From Escherichia phage vB_Eco_ZCEC08, in the sequence record PP213477.1: a stretch of DNA of 47,926 bases; one strand, written 5' to 3'. Shown here one piece after another: positions 19,489-31,583 of the stretch (position 1 is the first letter of the stretch; each line of letters begins with the position of its first letter). The position numbers and the translations under genes were made by a program. The notes under the pieces are model-generated. The model ran no database searches and was not told the DNA's origin. It saw nothing but the letters and a program-made list of their open reading frames with translations.

Positions 19489-20130
19489 TTAATCCTCATC
19501 ACCAGAATTAGCAATATCGTAAAACTGACCGTAGGTTATCTGCTTAAAGTTATCAGGTATCGTTACCTGTCCGTGACCTTCATCTTTTGTATTTGGCACA
19601 GCAAAAATCAAACAATCATCCTTTTTCGGGTGTTTGCCTCCATAAGTAGAAAGCATTGCAAAACCAAATCCGCGACCAGATTTCTCACCAATGCCGGTAC
19701 GTGCGATGCCATAATGGTTAACAATGTAGTCCTTCCATTCTGGCAATAACTTTAATTTCTCGTTTGCCTCGCGCATCACTGCGTCCAGCTTTTTGTTGTA
19801 TTCACGACCATCCTTTGTGTTTCCTTTCCCACGAACAATAACCACGCGCTGACCTTCCCAAAAATCTTCACGTTTTATTGTTACAGGGCATGGAAATTCA
19901 AATTTATTGCTCCACGCAAAACTCTCAAGCAGGCCACCGCCAACAGCGCCCCAACTGCGCGTTGTGGTAAATGCGACAGCTCCAACCTTTTTCATTGCGT
20001 CACCGAGAATTTCATTGCGGCGATTCTTGATGTCATCGTATGCGTCGATTAGTTTCTTAACATCATCACCTTCAACCATGTAATAATCATAATGTTTTGC
20101 GTTACTACTCATCTTCATCACCTCTAACAT
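19489..20130 (-). CDS. hypothetical protein (213 aa); start may be 18 nt downstream
   Basis: ORF track; GAGGTG precedes the third in-frame ATG; no motif recognised. Confidence 0.5.
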   Translation of the reverse strand: MLEVMKMSSNAKHYDYYMVEGDDVKKLIDAYDDIKNRRNEILGDAMKKVGAVAFTTTRSWGAVGGGLLESFAWSNKFEFPCPVTIKREDFWEGQRVVIVRGKGNTKDGREYNKKLDAVMREANEKLKLLPEWKDYIVNHYGIARTGIGEKSGRGFGFAMLSTYGGKHPKKDDCLIFAVPNTKDEGHGQVTIPDNFKQITYGQFYDIANSGDED

Positions 20131-20139
20131 TTATTGTTG

Positions 20140-20200
20140 TTTCTACGTCACTAACTATAAACGCCACATCAATCTACGTCAACAGGAATATGCTAAAATC
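20140..20200. promoter_or_regulatory. divergent promoter region with two direct TCTACGTCA motifs and an extended -10 (TGCTAAAAT)
   Basis: GTTTCTACGTCA and TCAATCTACGTCAA about 32 bp apart; TGnTAAAAT upstream of the plus-strand genes. Confidence 0.35.
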
Positions 20201-20229
20201 ATGCTAATCAAACAACAGGAGATTTAAAC

Positions 20230-20349
20230 ATGGGTTCAACCAACTCACCATCTCGTTCGCGCGCTACTGGCAACACAAAAACTGGCGGCAAAACTGGCGT
20301 GGTGAAGCCAAACGGCTCTACCCGTTCACCATCGCGCGGTAAAAAATAA
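20230..20349 (+). CDS. small basic Ser/Thr/Gly-rich peptide (39 aa)
   Basis: hand-translated MGSTNSPSRSRATGNTKTGGKTGVVKPNGSTRSPSRGKK; RBS-like AACAGGAG upstream. Confidence 0.3.
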   Translation: MGSTNSPSRSRATGNTKTGGKTGVVKPNGSTRSPSRGKK

Positions 20350-20789
20350 TGTTCGGCGCAGATGTTGCCATCATGATCATGTATGTGCTTGGATTTGCCT
20401 GCACGGGCATGGTTGCGTTTCTGGTGTTCATTCCGGCAATGGTGATGTCTGTGTATCTTGGATGGGTGCTTGTTGATTCATTTCCCGCCGAATATCTGTA
20501 TTACCTTGCGCAGTGTATGGTCTGGTTGTTTCCGGCTATTGCGCTGCGTAAAAGTACAAAGATGGCGCTCTGCGTGCTGACGATGAGCCTTTACGAATGG
20601 CTGGTTGCGATAGAGTCATTCGTATGGGAATTTATCACGCCTGTAGAAACGCCGCTTCATGCGCAGTACGCATTTATTATTATCGGCATCCATCTGTTCA
20701 TCCTTTCCATCACTTTTAAATGGGGCGGCGAAATTGGACATTATTCTTGGCGTGGTTGCCATCGTTTTTTCGCTGATTCAAATCTATAA
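20349..20789 (+). CDS. polytopic membrane protein (146 aa)
   Basis: several hydrophobic segments; ATG overlaps upstream stop (TAATG). Confidence 0.5.
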   Translation: MFGADVAIMIMYVLGFACTGMVAFLVFIPAMVMSVYLGWVLVDSFPAEYLYYLAQCMVWLFPAIALRKSTKMALCVLTMSLYEWLVAIESFVWEFITPVETPLHAQYAFIIIGIHLFILSITFKWGGEIGHYSWRGCHRFFADSNL

Positions 20790-20821
20790 GTGCTGGAAAC
20801 ATATTATCAGCGAGACTCGCA

Positions 20822-21106
20822 ATGAACGAAACACTAAGACAGGCCGCAGAGCAAGTTATAAGCGGGACGACGGGGCAGGTGATTGACAAGGCTGGATATG
20901 CCTCCATTGGTACTGGTATTGGACTGAAAGTTGCAGAGCAAACGCCTGTCACGCAGTCTTATTTTGAGGCTATGATTCCACACAGTCTGACAGAGTGGGC
21001 GGCAGTAGCGTCAATCCTCGGCGCCCTGTCTCTGGTAATAAAGAACCTCTTTGAAATGTGGTGGAAGGTACGGGAGTCAAAAAAAAATGGCAGCACCAAC
21101 ACCTGA
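20822..21106 (+). CDS. hypothetical protein with C-terminal hydrophobic segment
   Basis: ORF track; WAAVASILGALSLVIKNLF. Confidence 0.4.
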   Translation: MNETLRQAAEQVISGTTGQVIDKAGYASIGTGIGLKVAEQTPVTQSYFEAMIPHSLTEWAAVASILGALSLVIKNLFEMWWKVRESKKNGSTNT

Positions 21107-21479
21107 AGAATTAGTAAGCCAGATGGCATCCCGTGGGATAACTATCACCACGACGGATGCGTCCGGTATTCTGTGCCTTGTGGCGTCAATCAGTGAATGC
21201 CTTGAGCTGAACTATCCAAACGATGAATGCCGACAAAATGCGATCATGTTGTGGGCTTCCATCCTGATTAGCGCAAATACTGCTGGTCGCTACGTTACCA
21301 GCCAAAGCGCACCATCTGGAGCATCACAATCATTCGCGTATGGCAGTAAGCCGTGGGTGGCGCTGTACAATCAGATGAAACTACTGGATACAGCAGGATG
21401 CACTGGCGATTTAGTGGAAGACCCGGACGGCGGCGGCAAGCCGTGGTTTGCGGTTGTGCGTGGGAGTAAATGCAAATGA
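21087..21479 (+). CDS. putative head-tail connector protein
   Basis: position upstream of head-tail joining and tail genes; start moved to MAAPTPEEL (residue 13). Confidence 0.4.
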   Translation: MAAPTPEELVSQMASRGITITTTDASGILCLVASISECLELNYPNDECRQNAIMLWASILISANTAGRYVTSQSAPSGASQSFAYGSKPWVALYNQMKLLDTAGCTGDLVEDPDGGGKPWFAVVRGSKCK

Positions 21480-21817
21480 CTTCACTGGCTAACTGGAGCT
21501 ACACGCAACCATGCACCATCTGGCACAAAAGAGGCACTGACAAGTACGGCAAGCCAACTTTTGACGCGCCAGTGAGCATCATGTGCGATTATGGCTTTAA
21601 CGATGATGTATCGACCGATGCGAAAGGCAATGAGATTGTGCAGAAAAATACATTCTGGACAGAATACACTGACGCTAATGTTGGTGATTACATCATGATT
21701 GGCACGGTGACAGAAGCTGACCCGCTGGCGGCTGGCGCAAATCAGATTCTGAATGTGATTAACTATGGCTCAACTTTCAACAGGTCAGAGCCACCTGACT
21801 TTGCACTGGTGACATAA
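21470..21817 (+). CDS. putative head-tail joining protein
   Basis: 115 aa; overlapping starts within the head-tail module; call by position. Confidence 0.4.
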   Translation: MQMTSLANWSYTQPCTIWHKRGTDKYGKPTFDAPVSIMCDYGFNDDVSTDAKGNEIVQKNTFWTEYTDANVGDYIMIGTVTEADPLAAGANQILNVINYGSTFNRSEPPDFALVT

Positions 21818-22215
21818 TGCCAGCGAAATTAAGAGGCGTCCGACAGGCCGTAGAGAGAACATCGCAGATTGTGGATGAGATAATCGCCACGAAAGCTGTG
21901 CGTGCAATTAAGTCAGCGACATACATCATCCGCACCGAATCAGCCACGCTAACGCCAATTGATACATCAACGCTAATTAACAGTCAGTTTGATACCGTGG
22001 AAGTTAGCGGAACGCGAATCACTGGCAAGGTTGGCTACTCTGCAAAATATGCACTGTACGTCCACAATGCCAGCGGTAAACTTGCAGGGAAACCGCGCAG
22101 CAACGGCAACGGCACGTATTGGTCGCCGGGTGGTGAACCACAATTCCTGACCAAAGCAGCGCAACGCACAAAAGACCTTGTTGATAGCGTGATTAAGAAG
22201 GAGATGACACTCTAA
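21817..22215 (+). CDS. HK97 gp10-like head-tail joining protein
   Basis: 132 aa; TESATLTPIDTSTLINS resembles the gp10-family PxDTG.LRNS motif. Confidence 0.5.
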   Translation: MPAKLRGVRQAVERTSQIVDEIIATKAVRAIKSATYIIRTESATLTPIDTSTLINSQFDTVEVSGTRITGKVGYSAKYALYVHNASGKLAGKPRSNGNGTYWSPGGEPQFLTKAAQRTKDLVDSVIKKEMTL

Positions 22216-22589
22216 TGAATATGCTTGAACTGGTTGATGCATATCTTCAGGATGCAGGATTGTACGATGGCTGGACTTCGCAGCTGCAGTTCTGGAATGA
22301 CACCGGAGATGGAAGTGAGCAATTTATTGTTCTGCAATCCAACGGTGGCACTCAGGTTATGGATGGCCTCGGCGGTGACTTCTATTTTTCGCTGTATGTT
22401 GTTGGCAAACAAGGCCAATACAATGTTGCTGATGTTGATTCGAAGGCCAATGAGATTATCGAATACATCAAAACACACCCGATTGATTCATGCGTTAACT
22501 ACATCCAGTTGCAAGCGCCACTTGGCAGGGCAATGCTGACGGAAGAAAAAAGACCAGTGCATGAACTGCTATTGCGTGTTGTGAAATAA
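22215..22589 (+). CDS. putative tail terminator protein
   Basis: 124 aa; last gene before the terminator and tail genes; call by position. Confidence 0.4.
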   Translation: MNMLELVDAYLQDAGLYDGWTSQLQFWNDTGDGSEQFIVLQSNGGTQVMDGLGGDFYFSLYVVGKQGQYNVADVDSKANEIIEYIKTHPIDSCVNYIQLQAPLGRAMLTEEKRPVHELLLRVVK

Positions 22590-22590
22590 A

Positions 22591-22616
22591 TAAAGCCGCA
22601 TGAAGCGGCTTTTAAT
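22591..22616. terminator. bidirectional rho-independent terminator
   Basis: AGCCGC-ATGA-AGCGGCT then TTTAATTT; abuts the 3' end of the minus-strand tRNA-like gene. Confidence 0.5.
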
Positions 22617-22617
22617 T

Positions 22618-22694
22618 TGGTGGACACGGACGGATTTGAACCTTCAATCAGCCGATTATTAGTCGGTTGCTTTAACCAATTAAGCTACGCGTCC
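22618..22694 (-). tRNA. tRNA-like gene, isotype undetermined (hand fold gives anticodon AAU)
   Basis: minus strand reads GGACGCG-TA-GCTT-AATTGGTTA-AAGC-A-ACCGA-CTAATAA-TCGGC-TGATT-GAAGG-TTCAAAT-CCGTC-CGTGTCC-ACCA: 7-bp acceptor stem (one G.U), 4-bp D stem, T-loop TTCAAAT, encoded CCA; one mismatch each in anticodon and T stems. Confidence 0.5.
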
Positions 22695-23192
22695 ATAAGT
22701 GCTGGTTTAAGCATTGCCAGCGTGCTTTCTTAACATCCAGCCCCGTAACCCATACATACCCCTACATATGATTGCGATAATGCTGGATATTAAGTGTTGT
22801 GGTGGCCGGTGCTGATCTCCGGCATAAGGCGCTTATTCGGCGGCGTCGAGCTTGCTTATTCGCTTGAGCCATCCTCGTGAGTCAGCCACGTCCCACTGCG
22901 CATCAGCCTGCGCATTCACCACAACGGAAAGAGCACTGATGCGCTCACTTGGGACTCCTTAGCCATAACCCACGGGCTTCTGGTACACCAATGCTCTTAC
23001 CTGTTGTGTTCCCTGACTTATTAATCACACCTCAGGGACGCAGTGCGCCGAATTTGTTTACAAGGAATCGGAAGACCTTGCTGACTTACAGGCTATTACG
23101 CCGCCATCAGAACAACATCATCGTTTGCATTTATCTTTGTGGTCAGTTTCTAAAAAGTCCGCAAAGTCGCTCACGAAAACTATCTGAAATAC

Positions 23193-23236
23193 AATCTACA
23201 CCACAAAATAATCGCTGTCAACACCTGTGATATAAT
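23193..23236. promoter_or_regulatory. back-to-back promoters: minus TTGACA-17-TAGATT and plus extended -10 TGATATAAT
   Basis: hexamers read directly; plus promoter precedes the major tail gene; minus promoter points into the non-coding region and tRNA. Confidence 0.45.
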
Positions 23237-23272
23237 CACCACGTTAGCAGCTAACACAATTCGGAGATCGAA

Positions 23273-23992
23273 ATGGCTATTTGTGCAAATGATAAAGGCG
23301 TTCTGGTCGGTCGCATGACCCGACTGTTCCTTGCTGAAGGGTGCGGCGACGCAGTTCCGGATGCAGGCGACTGGAAGTATTTAGGCTCAACCACCAGTAA
23401 AGGCGTTGACTACTCGCCGCAGACCACTACGTCGGAAGCGGATACCGCTGGCGGCTTTGTTTCTACTCTCGTTACCAGCTCTGATATGACCATCAGTGCA
23501 GAGGTAGAAATCCGCAAGAATGACCCGAGCGATGAGTTTGGCTTCCATCGTCTTGTTGAGATTTACACCACTGAACTGAAGGTTCGCCGCCAGCCTTCCT
23601 TGTGGGTGCGTCAGGTGACTGGTGCAACTATCGTTACCGCGTATTGCAACATCACCAGCATCAGCTACGAAGGTGGCACGAACGATATCGTTACTGGTAG
23701 CCTTGAGTTTAAGGTTTACGATTCTGACAGCGTTACCGTAGAAAGCCTTGAACCTCTGGCATTCACTACCGACCTGCAATCAACTGGCACGGCCGGAAGC
23801 CCGTTAACCGTTGCTGTTGAAGGTGGCGTTACTCCTTACACTTATGTATGGCGCAAAGATGGCGCAGTTGTTGGTGGTGAGTCTGGCGCATCTCTGGCAA
23901 GCCCTACCGCTGGCGTGTATACCGTCACGGTAACTGATTCATCTACCGACCCGGAAATTATCATCAGTACGGCGTGCACGGTATCCTCATAA
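23273..23992 (+). CDS. major tail protein with C-terminal Ig-like domain
   Basis: 239 aa; position before the tail chaperone and tape measure; C-terminal Thr/Val-rich Ig-like repeat. Confidence 0.6.
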   Translation: MAICANDKGVLVGRMTRLFLAEGCGDAVPDAGDWKYLGSTTSKGVDYSPQTTTSEADTAGGFVSTLVTSSDMTISAEVEIRKNDPSDEFGFHRLVEIYTTELKVRRQPSLWVRQVTGATIVTAYCNITSISYEGGTNDIVTGSLEFKVYDSDSVTVESLEPLAFTTDLQSTGTAGSPLTVAVEGGVTPYTYVWRKDGAVVGGESGASLASPTAGVYTVTVTDSSTDPEIIISTACTVSS

Positions 23993-24025
23993 AGAAAAGC
24001 CCCGAAAGGGGCTTTGTTTTATTCT
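23992..24025. terminator. bidirectional rho-independent terminator
   Basis: AAAGCCCC-GAAA-GGGGCTTTGTTTT between convergent genes. Confidence 0.55.
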
Positions 24026-24219
24026 TGTGGTGGTTCTGGCGGATTGGCCCAGTGGGTAGCTGGAATTCCGTGACAGCAGTCCAATTCACTAACAAATATC
24101 TTGCTGCCAATATTATCGACAGCTTTACATACCGCAGTTCTAACAACACCGCGAAATGCTGTAAGAACCATCGTTCCTTCTTCTGGCATTCGCTCACTAC
24201 ACTTAATCCACTGGCTCAT
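24019..24219 (-). CDS. DUF551-like small protein
   Basis: MSQWIKCSERMPEEGTMVL... fits the W-I-x-x-x-E-R-M-P-E-x-G pattern of DUF551 phage proteins. Confidence 0.5.
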   Translation of the reverse strand: MSQWIKCSERMPEEGTMVLTAFRGVVRTAVCKAVDNIGSKIFVSELDCCHGIPATHWANPPEPPQE

Positions 24220-24359
24220 ATCACCTTGTCCTCATCAAAAATCACGCCAATAACGCGAAGTAAGTCTTTCGCCATGCGTTCCGCTTCTTCATAATCGTAA
24301 CCTGCATCAACATACAGTTCAGTGTAGAAAATCAGGTCAGCTTTTGTTTGTTCGTTCAT
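24216..24359 (-). CDS. small hypothetical protein (47 aa)
   Basis: hand-translated MNEQTKADLIFYTELYVDAGYDYEEAERMAKDLL...; ATGA overlaps at both ends. Confidence 0.3.
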   Translation of the reverse strand: MNEQTKADLIFYTELYVDAGYDYEEAERMAKDLLRVIGVIFDEDKVI

Positions 24360-24550
24360 TTCTTGTCGCCACTGTTAACTAATGCCCAAACAAGTGCCGC
24401 AACCCATCCAATGAAGCTCCATCCGACAAGAATATTCAATACACAGATTGCTGTCGTGTTTGTGTGCTTTCTTTGCAATGCCACAAATGACGGGAGAAGA
24501 TAAGCAAATATAACCAATCCAGCAAAAAGCAACAAAATAACAACATCCAT
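24356..24550 (-). CDS. small two-pass membrane protein (64 aa)
   Basis: two hydrophobic segments separated by QRKHTNT; GAGGTG upstream; first gene of the moron operon. Confidence 0.5.
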   Translation of the reverse strand: MDVVILLLFAGLVIFAYLLPSFVALQRKHTNTTAICVLNILVGWSFIGWVAALVWALVNSGDKK

Positions 24551-24585
24551 AACTCACCTCATTCATATCTCGTTTCGATGATTTG

Positions 24586-24633
24586 AATCTACATCACCAC
24601 CCCGCAGGTGTCAACACCACTGAGATGATATAA
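24586..24633. promoter_or_regulatory. back-to-back promoters: minus TTGACA-17-TAGATT and plus extended -10 TGATATAAT
   Basis: same architecture as 23193..23236; drives the minus moron operon and the plus tail chaperone gene. Confidence 0.5.
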
Positions 24634-24654
24634 TCAACATCAGTCAAATTCAGG

Positions 24655-25371
24655 ATGCAAAATATGAGCAATCGCACGCCACTAACAGAAATCGGGGAGA
24701 TGCGCATCTCGCTTTCTGACAGGAGTTTTTTCTTTAAGCCATCATTCCGCGCAATGAATGAAATCGGCACGCCAAAAGAAATCGTCGAGGTATACGCTAA
24801 GCTCAATGGCATTGATTATGTTGCGCCGCTGCAGCACGTCGAATACCTGCCGTTTGGCGCGCAGATGCAGGTTATGAAAACCATCAGCAAGCCAGTGTAT
24901 GGTCGACATGTACTGGGTGCGGCCTATATTGTCATGCAATCATGCTGTGAAGATGATGTTTCCGTGTTGATTGGTGGCTGGAAACCAACTCCACGCGGCG
25001 TGCGATATGTTCCAGGCATCATGCCAGTGAGCGACATTATTATTATTGCGCGCAACCTGATGCAGCACGGCATCATCGGTAAGTCACCACTCAAAGTGCC
25101 TGAGCGCCTGGAGGAGCAAGGCAAGAAAACCACAAACGAGTTTCATGCGTCGCAATACATCATCTCAGCACGCACGCATTTCGACATGACTCGCGATGAG
25201 GCCGAAAACCTGTCCATGACAGAGTTTCAGATGATGATTAAGAATAAATATCCAGAGCCGAAAGGGTTAACTAAAGAAGAACGTGCGGCTGAGTACGATC
25301 AGGCTAAAGCTGACCGCGAGCGCATGAAGGCGCTGGCTGAACGCAAAGCGAAAAAAGCGAGGAATACATAA
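24655..25371 (+). CDS. putative tail assembly chaperone (start may be 24664)
   Basis: 238 aa immediately upstream of tape measure with TAATG overlap; Lys/Glu-rich C-terminus; call by position. Confidence 0.4.
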   Translation: MQNMSNRTPLTEIGEMRISLSDRSFFFKPSFRAMNEIGTPKEIVEVYAKLNGIDYVAPLQHVEYLPFGAQMQVMKTISKPVYGRHVLGAAYIVMQSCCEDDVSVLIGGWKPTPRGVRYVPGIMPVSDIIIIARNLMQHGIIGKSPLKVPERLEEQGKKTTNEFHASQYIISARTHFDMTRDEAENLSMTEFQMMIKNKYPEPKGLTKEERAAEYDQAKADRERMKALAERKAKKARNT

Positions 25372-27739
25372 TGGCTGAAGAAGTCGGCGGAATTGTCTAT
25401 GAAGTCGGGATGGATGTTAAAGGTCTGAAAGCTGGCGCGACAACAGCCAATAAGACTTTAGATGACCTTGAGTCATCACTAAACAAGACTACCGGAGAAC
25501 TCAACAAGCTGGACAAAGGCGCGCGCAATGCTGGCAGCGGAATAAAGAATGCTGGCGGCGCAGCTTCAGGACTCAAGACCAGTATGTCGATGCTAGCTGG
25601 CGCAATATCCGTGTCACTGATTATCGAATGGGGCAAGCGATTCCTTGAGGTTGCCGATAACATGACGCAGCTTCAGGCAAGGATTGCTCGCCTGTCAACT
25701 GATGCGAAAACCGCGAACGAAACATTCAGCGCACTGGCAAATATCGCCTCAACCACTGGCGCAAGCCTCAGCGACACGACGAAACTGTGGGAAACATTGA
25801 CGTCATCACTGAAAGAGGCTGGCGCGACAAATGCGCAGGTTCTTAACCTTACAGATACCCTGCAAAAAATAGGTCGAATCGGCGGGTCATCAACTGAAGA
25901 AATGGCTAACGCCCTGCGTCAGTTCGGTCAGTCAATCGCTTCTGGCACAATCCGTGCAGAAGAATTTAACTCTATCCTTGAGCAGATGCCTGAACTTGCG
26001 CGCCAGATAGCGGCTGGGCTTGGCATTTCAATGGGTGAACTTCGCGCCAGAATGCTCGATGGCAAGCTGACAGCAGAAGATGCACTGAATGCCATTCAGG
26101 ACAGAACAAGCGTCGTCAATGCTGAGTTCGCAAAACTACCGCGCTCTATATCTCAGGCTACTGGAAGTCTTGAAACATCATTTGCAAAAATGATAGCAAG
26201 CATAAACGATGCAACCGGAGCCAGCTCCACTTTTGTTTCTGTTATTGATTCTATCACTTCAGCAATAAACAGACTTACTGGTCAAACTGTAAGTGCAGCA
26301 GAGGTTATTTCTGATTTGACGTCAACAGCCGAAATGTTCAGTCGCAGGGCTAGAACTTGGTCATGGGTTGGCATTGACGGATGGGCGGCACAAAATCAGG
26401 CAATAGCTGCGGTAGCAAATCAGGCTGCAACTTTGGTATCAGATATGGATGCCGTAACTAAGTCAACAGGAGAGGCAGCAAAAGCTCAGGCGCATTTGAC
26501 AGTGCCTAAAGCGGCAGAGAAAGACAAAAAAGGAAAAGGTAAAAGCGCAGAAGAGCGACAAGCTGAGTCAGTAGCTGAAAAGCTGGAGAAATTACGCCAG
26601 CAAACCATGCTCAATGCAGCATCTACCAGCGAACTATCCCGCGAGCAAGCCATCCTCAATGCGCAGCAATCGCTTGGCAAGGCAGCAACTCAGGAGCAGA
26701 TAAAACTGGCGGGGGAGTACGCTGCGAAGATTTGGGACCAGAAAAACGCACTGAAGGAGCAGGCAGAAGCTGAGAAGGAAAAGCAGCGCGTAGAAAAATC
26801 ATATCAAGGGTTGCGCGCCATTGCGTCGCCAACAACTGGCATTGATAGTGAATACCAGCAACGAATGGCTGACCTTGACGCCTACGCCGCAGCGTATCCG
26901 CAGAAAATCACGGAAATTGAACAGACTCGCGCAGCAATTGAAGCGCAATACCGCCAACAGCGAATGGACGCTATGTGGGCTGAATGGCAGCAACAAAGCC
27001 TCGGCGCGCAACTGTTCGGTACCGCTCTTGATTCAGCAATGAGTACGGCATCAAACAGCATCACCGGATTGCTGACAGGAACAATGAGCGTTCAGGATGC
27101 CATGCGCAGTCTCGGCTCTACGGTACTCAACTCTCTGGTAAATAGTTTCGTCGAGATGGGTGTGCGGTGGGTTAAATCTGCTGTTATGGGTCAGACTGCA
27201 CAGGTTGCAGCCACAGCGACAACCACAGCGGCGCAAACGGCAGGACTGGCAACCACAACAGCAGCATCCACTGCGGCGGCAGCAACCACTACGGCAGCAT
27301 GGACTCCTGCAGCAATCGTAGCATCAATCGGCTCATTCGGCGGGGCGGCTGCAATTGGGGTAGGTGCCGTTCTCGGAGCGCTGGCGATGGGCATTGCTGG
27401 CAAGCGTAAAAATGGTGGCCCTGTTAGTGCCGGAAGTATGTACGAAGTGGGCGAAAATGGCTTGCCTGAAATATTCCAGGCGTCCAACGGTCGCCAGTAT
27501 ATGATTCCCGGTAACGACGGCTCAGTTATCAGCAACAAAGACCTGACAGGCGGCAGCAGTGGTGTTGTAGTTTATAATAGCATTATCAATAACAGCTCAG
27601 CGCAGGTTAGCAGTAGCGCCAGAGATAACGGTGACGGCAGCGTGACAATTGAGACGATTGTGAGTGATATTTCGGAAAATGGCCCAATAGGGCAAGCCAT
27701 TTCAAGAAACTACAATACCAACAGGAGAGCAACCGAATA

Positions 27740-27740
<1 letters not shown>
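25371..27740 (+). CDS. tail tape measure protein
   Basis: 789 aa; long predicted helical regions; Ala/Thr-rich hydrophobic segment near C-terminus; position. Confidence 0.8.
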
Positions 27741-31544
<3,804 letters not shown>

Positions 31545-31583
31545 TACAATATACATCAAATTCACAAAGGAGCATTTATTATA

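Noticed and set aside
19489-20130. Function for the 213-aa protein (recombinase or anti-restriction protein)
   Set aside because: No motif I can match with confidence; left as hypothetical.
22618-22694. Assigning the tRNA-like gene to isoleucine
   Set aside because: The AAU anticodon comes from a hand fold with one mismatch in the anticodon stem; the isotype is left undetermined pending a tRNA predictor.
22949-23230. Plus-strand ORF of 93 aa in the non-coding region upstream of the major tail gene
   Set aside because: Translation is compositionally odd (Leu/Arg/Pro/Ser-rich), has no ribosome-binding site and overlaps the promoter pair; more likely untranslated.
25350-25371. Programmed -1 frameshift at the tail chaperone / tape measure junction
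   Set aside because: An A-run (AAAAAAG) lies 12 nt before the chaperone stop, and a -1 shift there would read into the tape measure frame. But it is not in canonical X XXY YYZ phase for the chaperone frame and no separate T-like extension ORF exists, so I do not call a frameshift.
25397-27538. Minus-strand and alternative-frame ORFs inside the tape measure gene
   Set aside because: Ala/Pro/Ser-rich translations antisense to repetitive tape measure codons; shadow ORFs.
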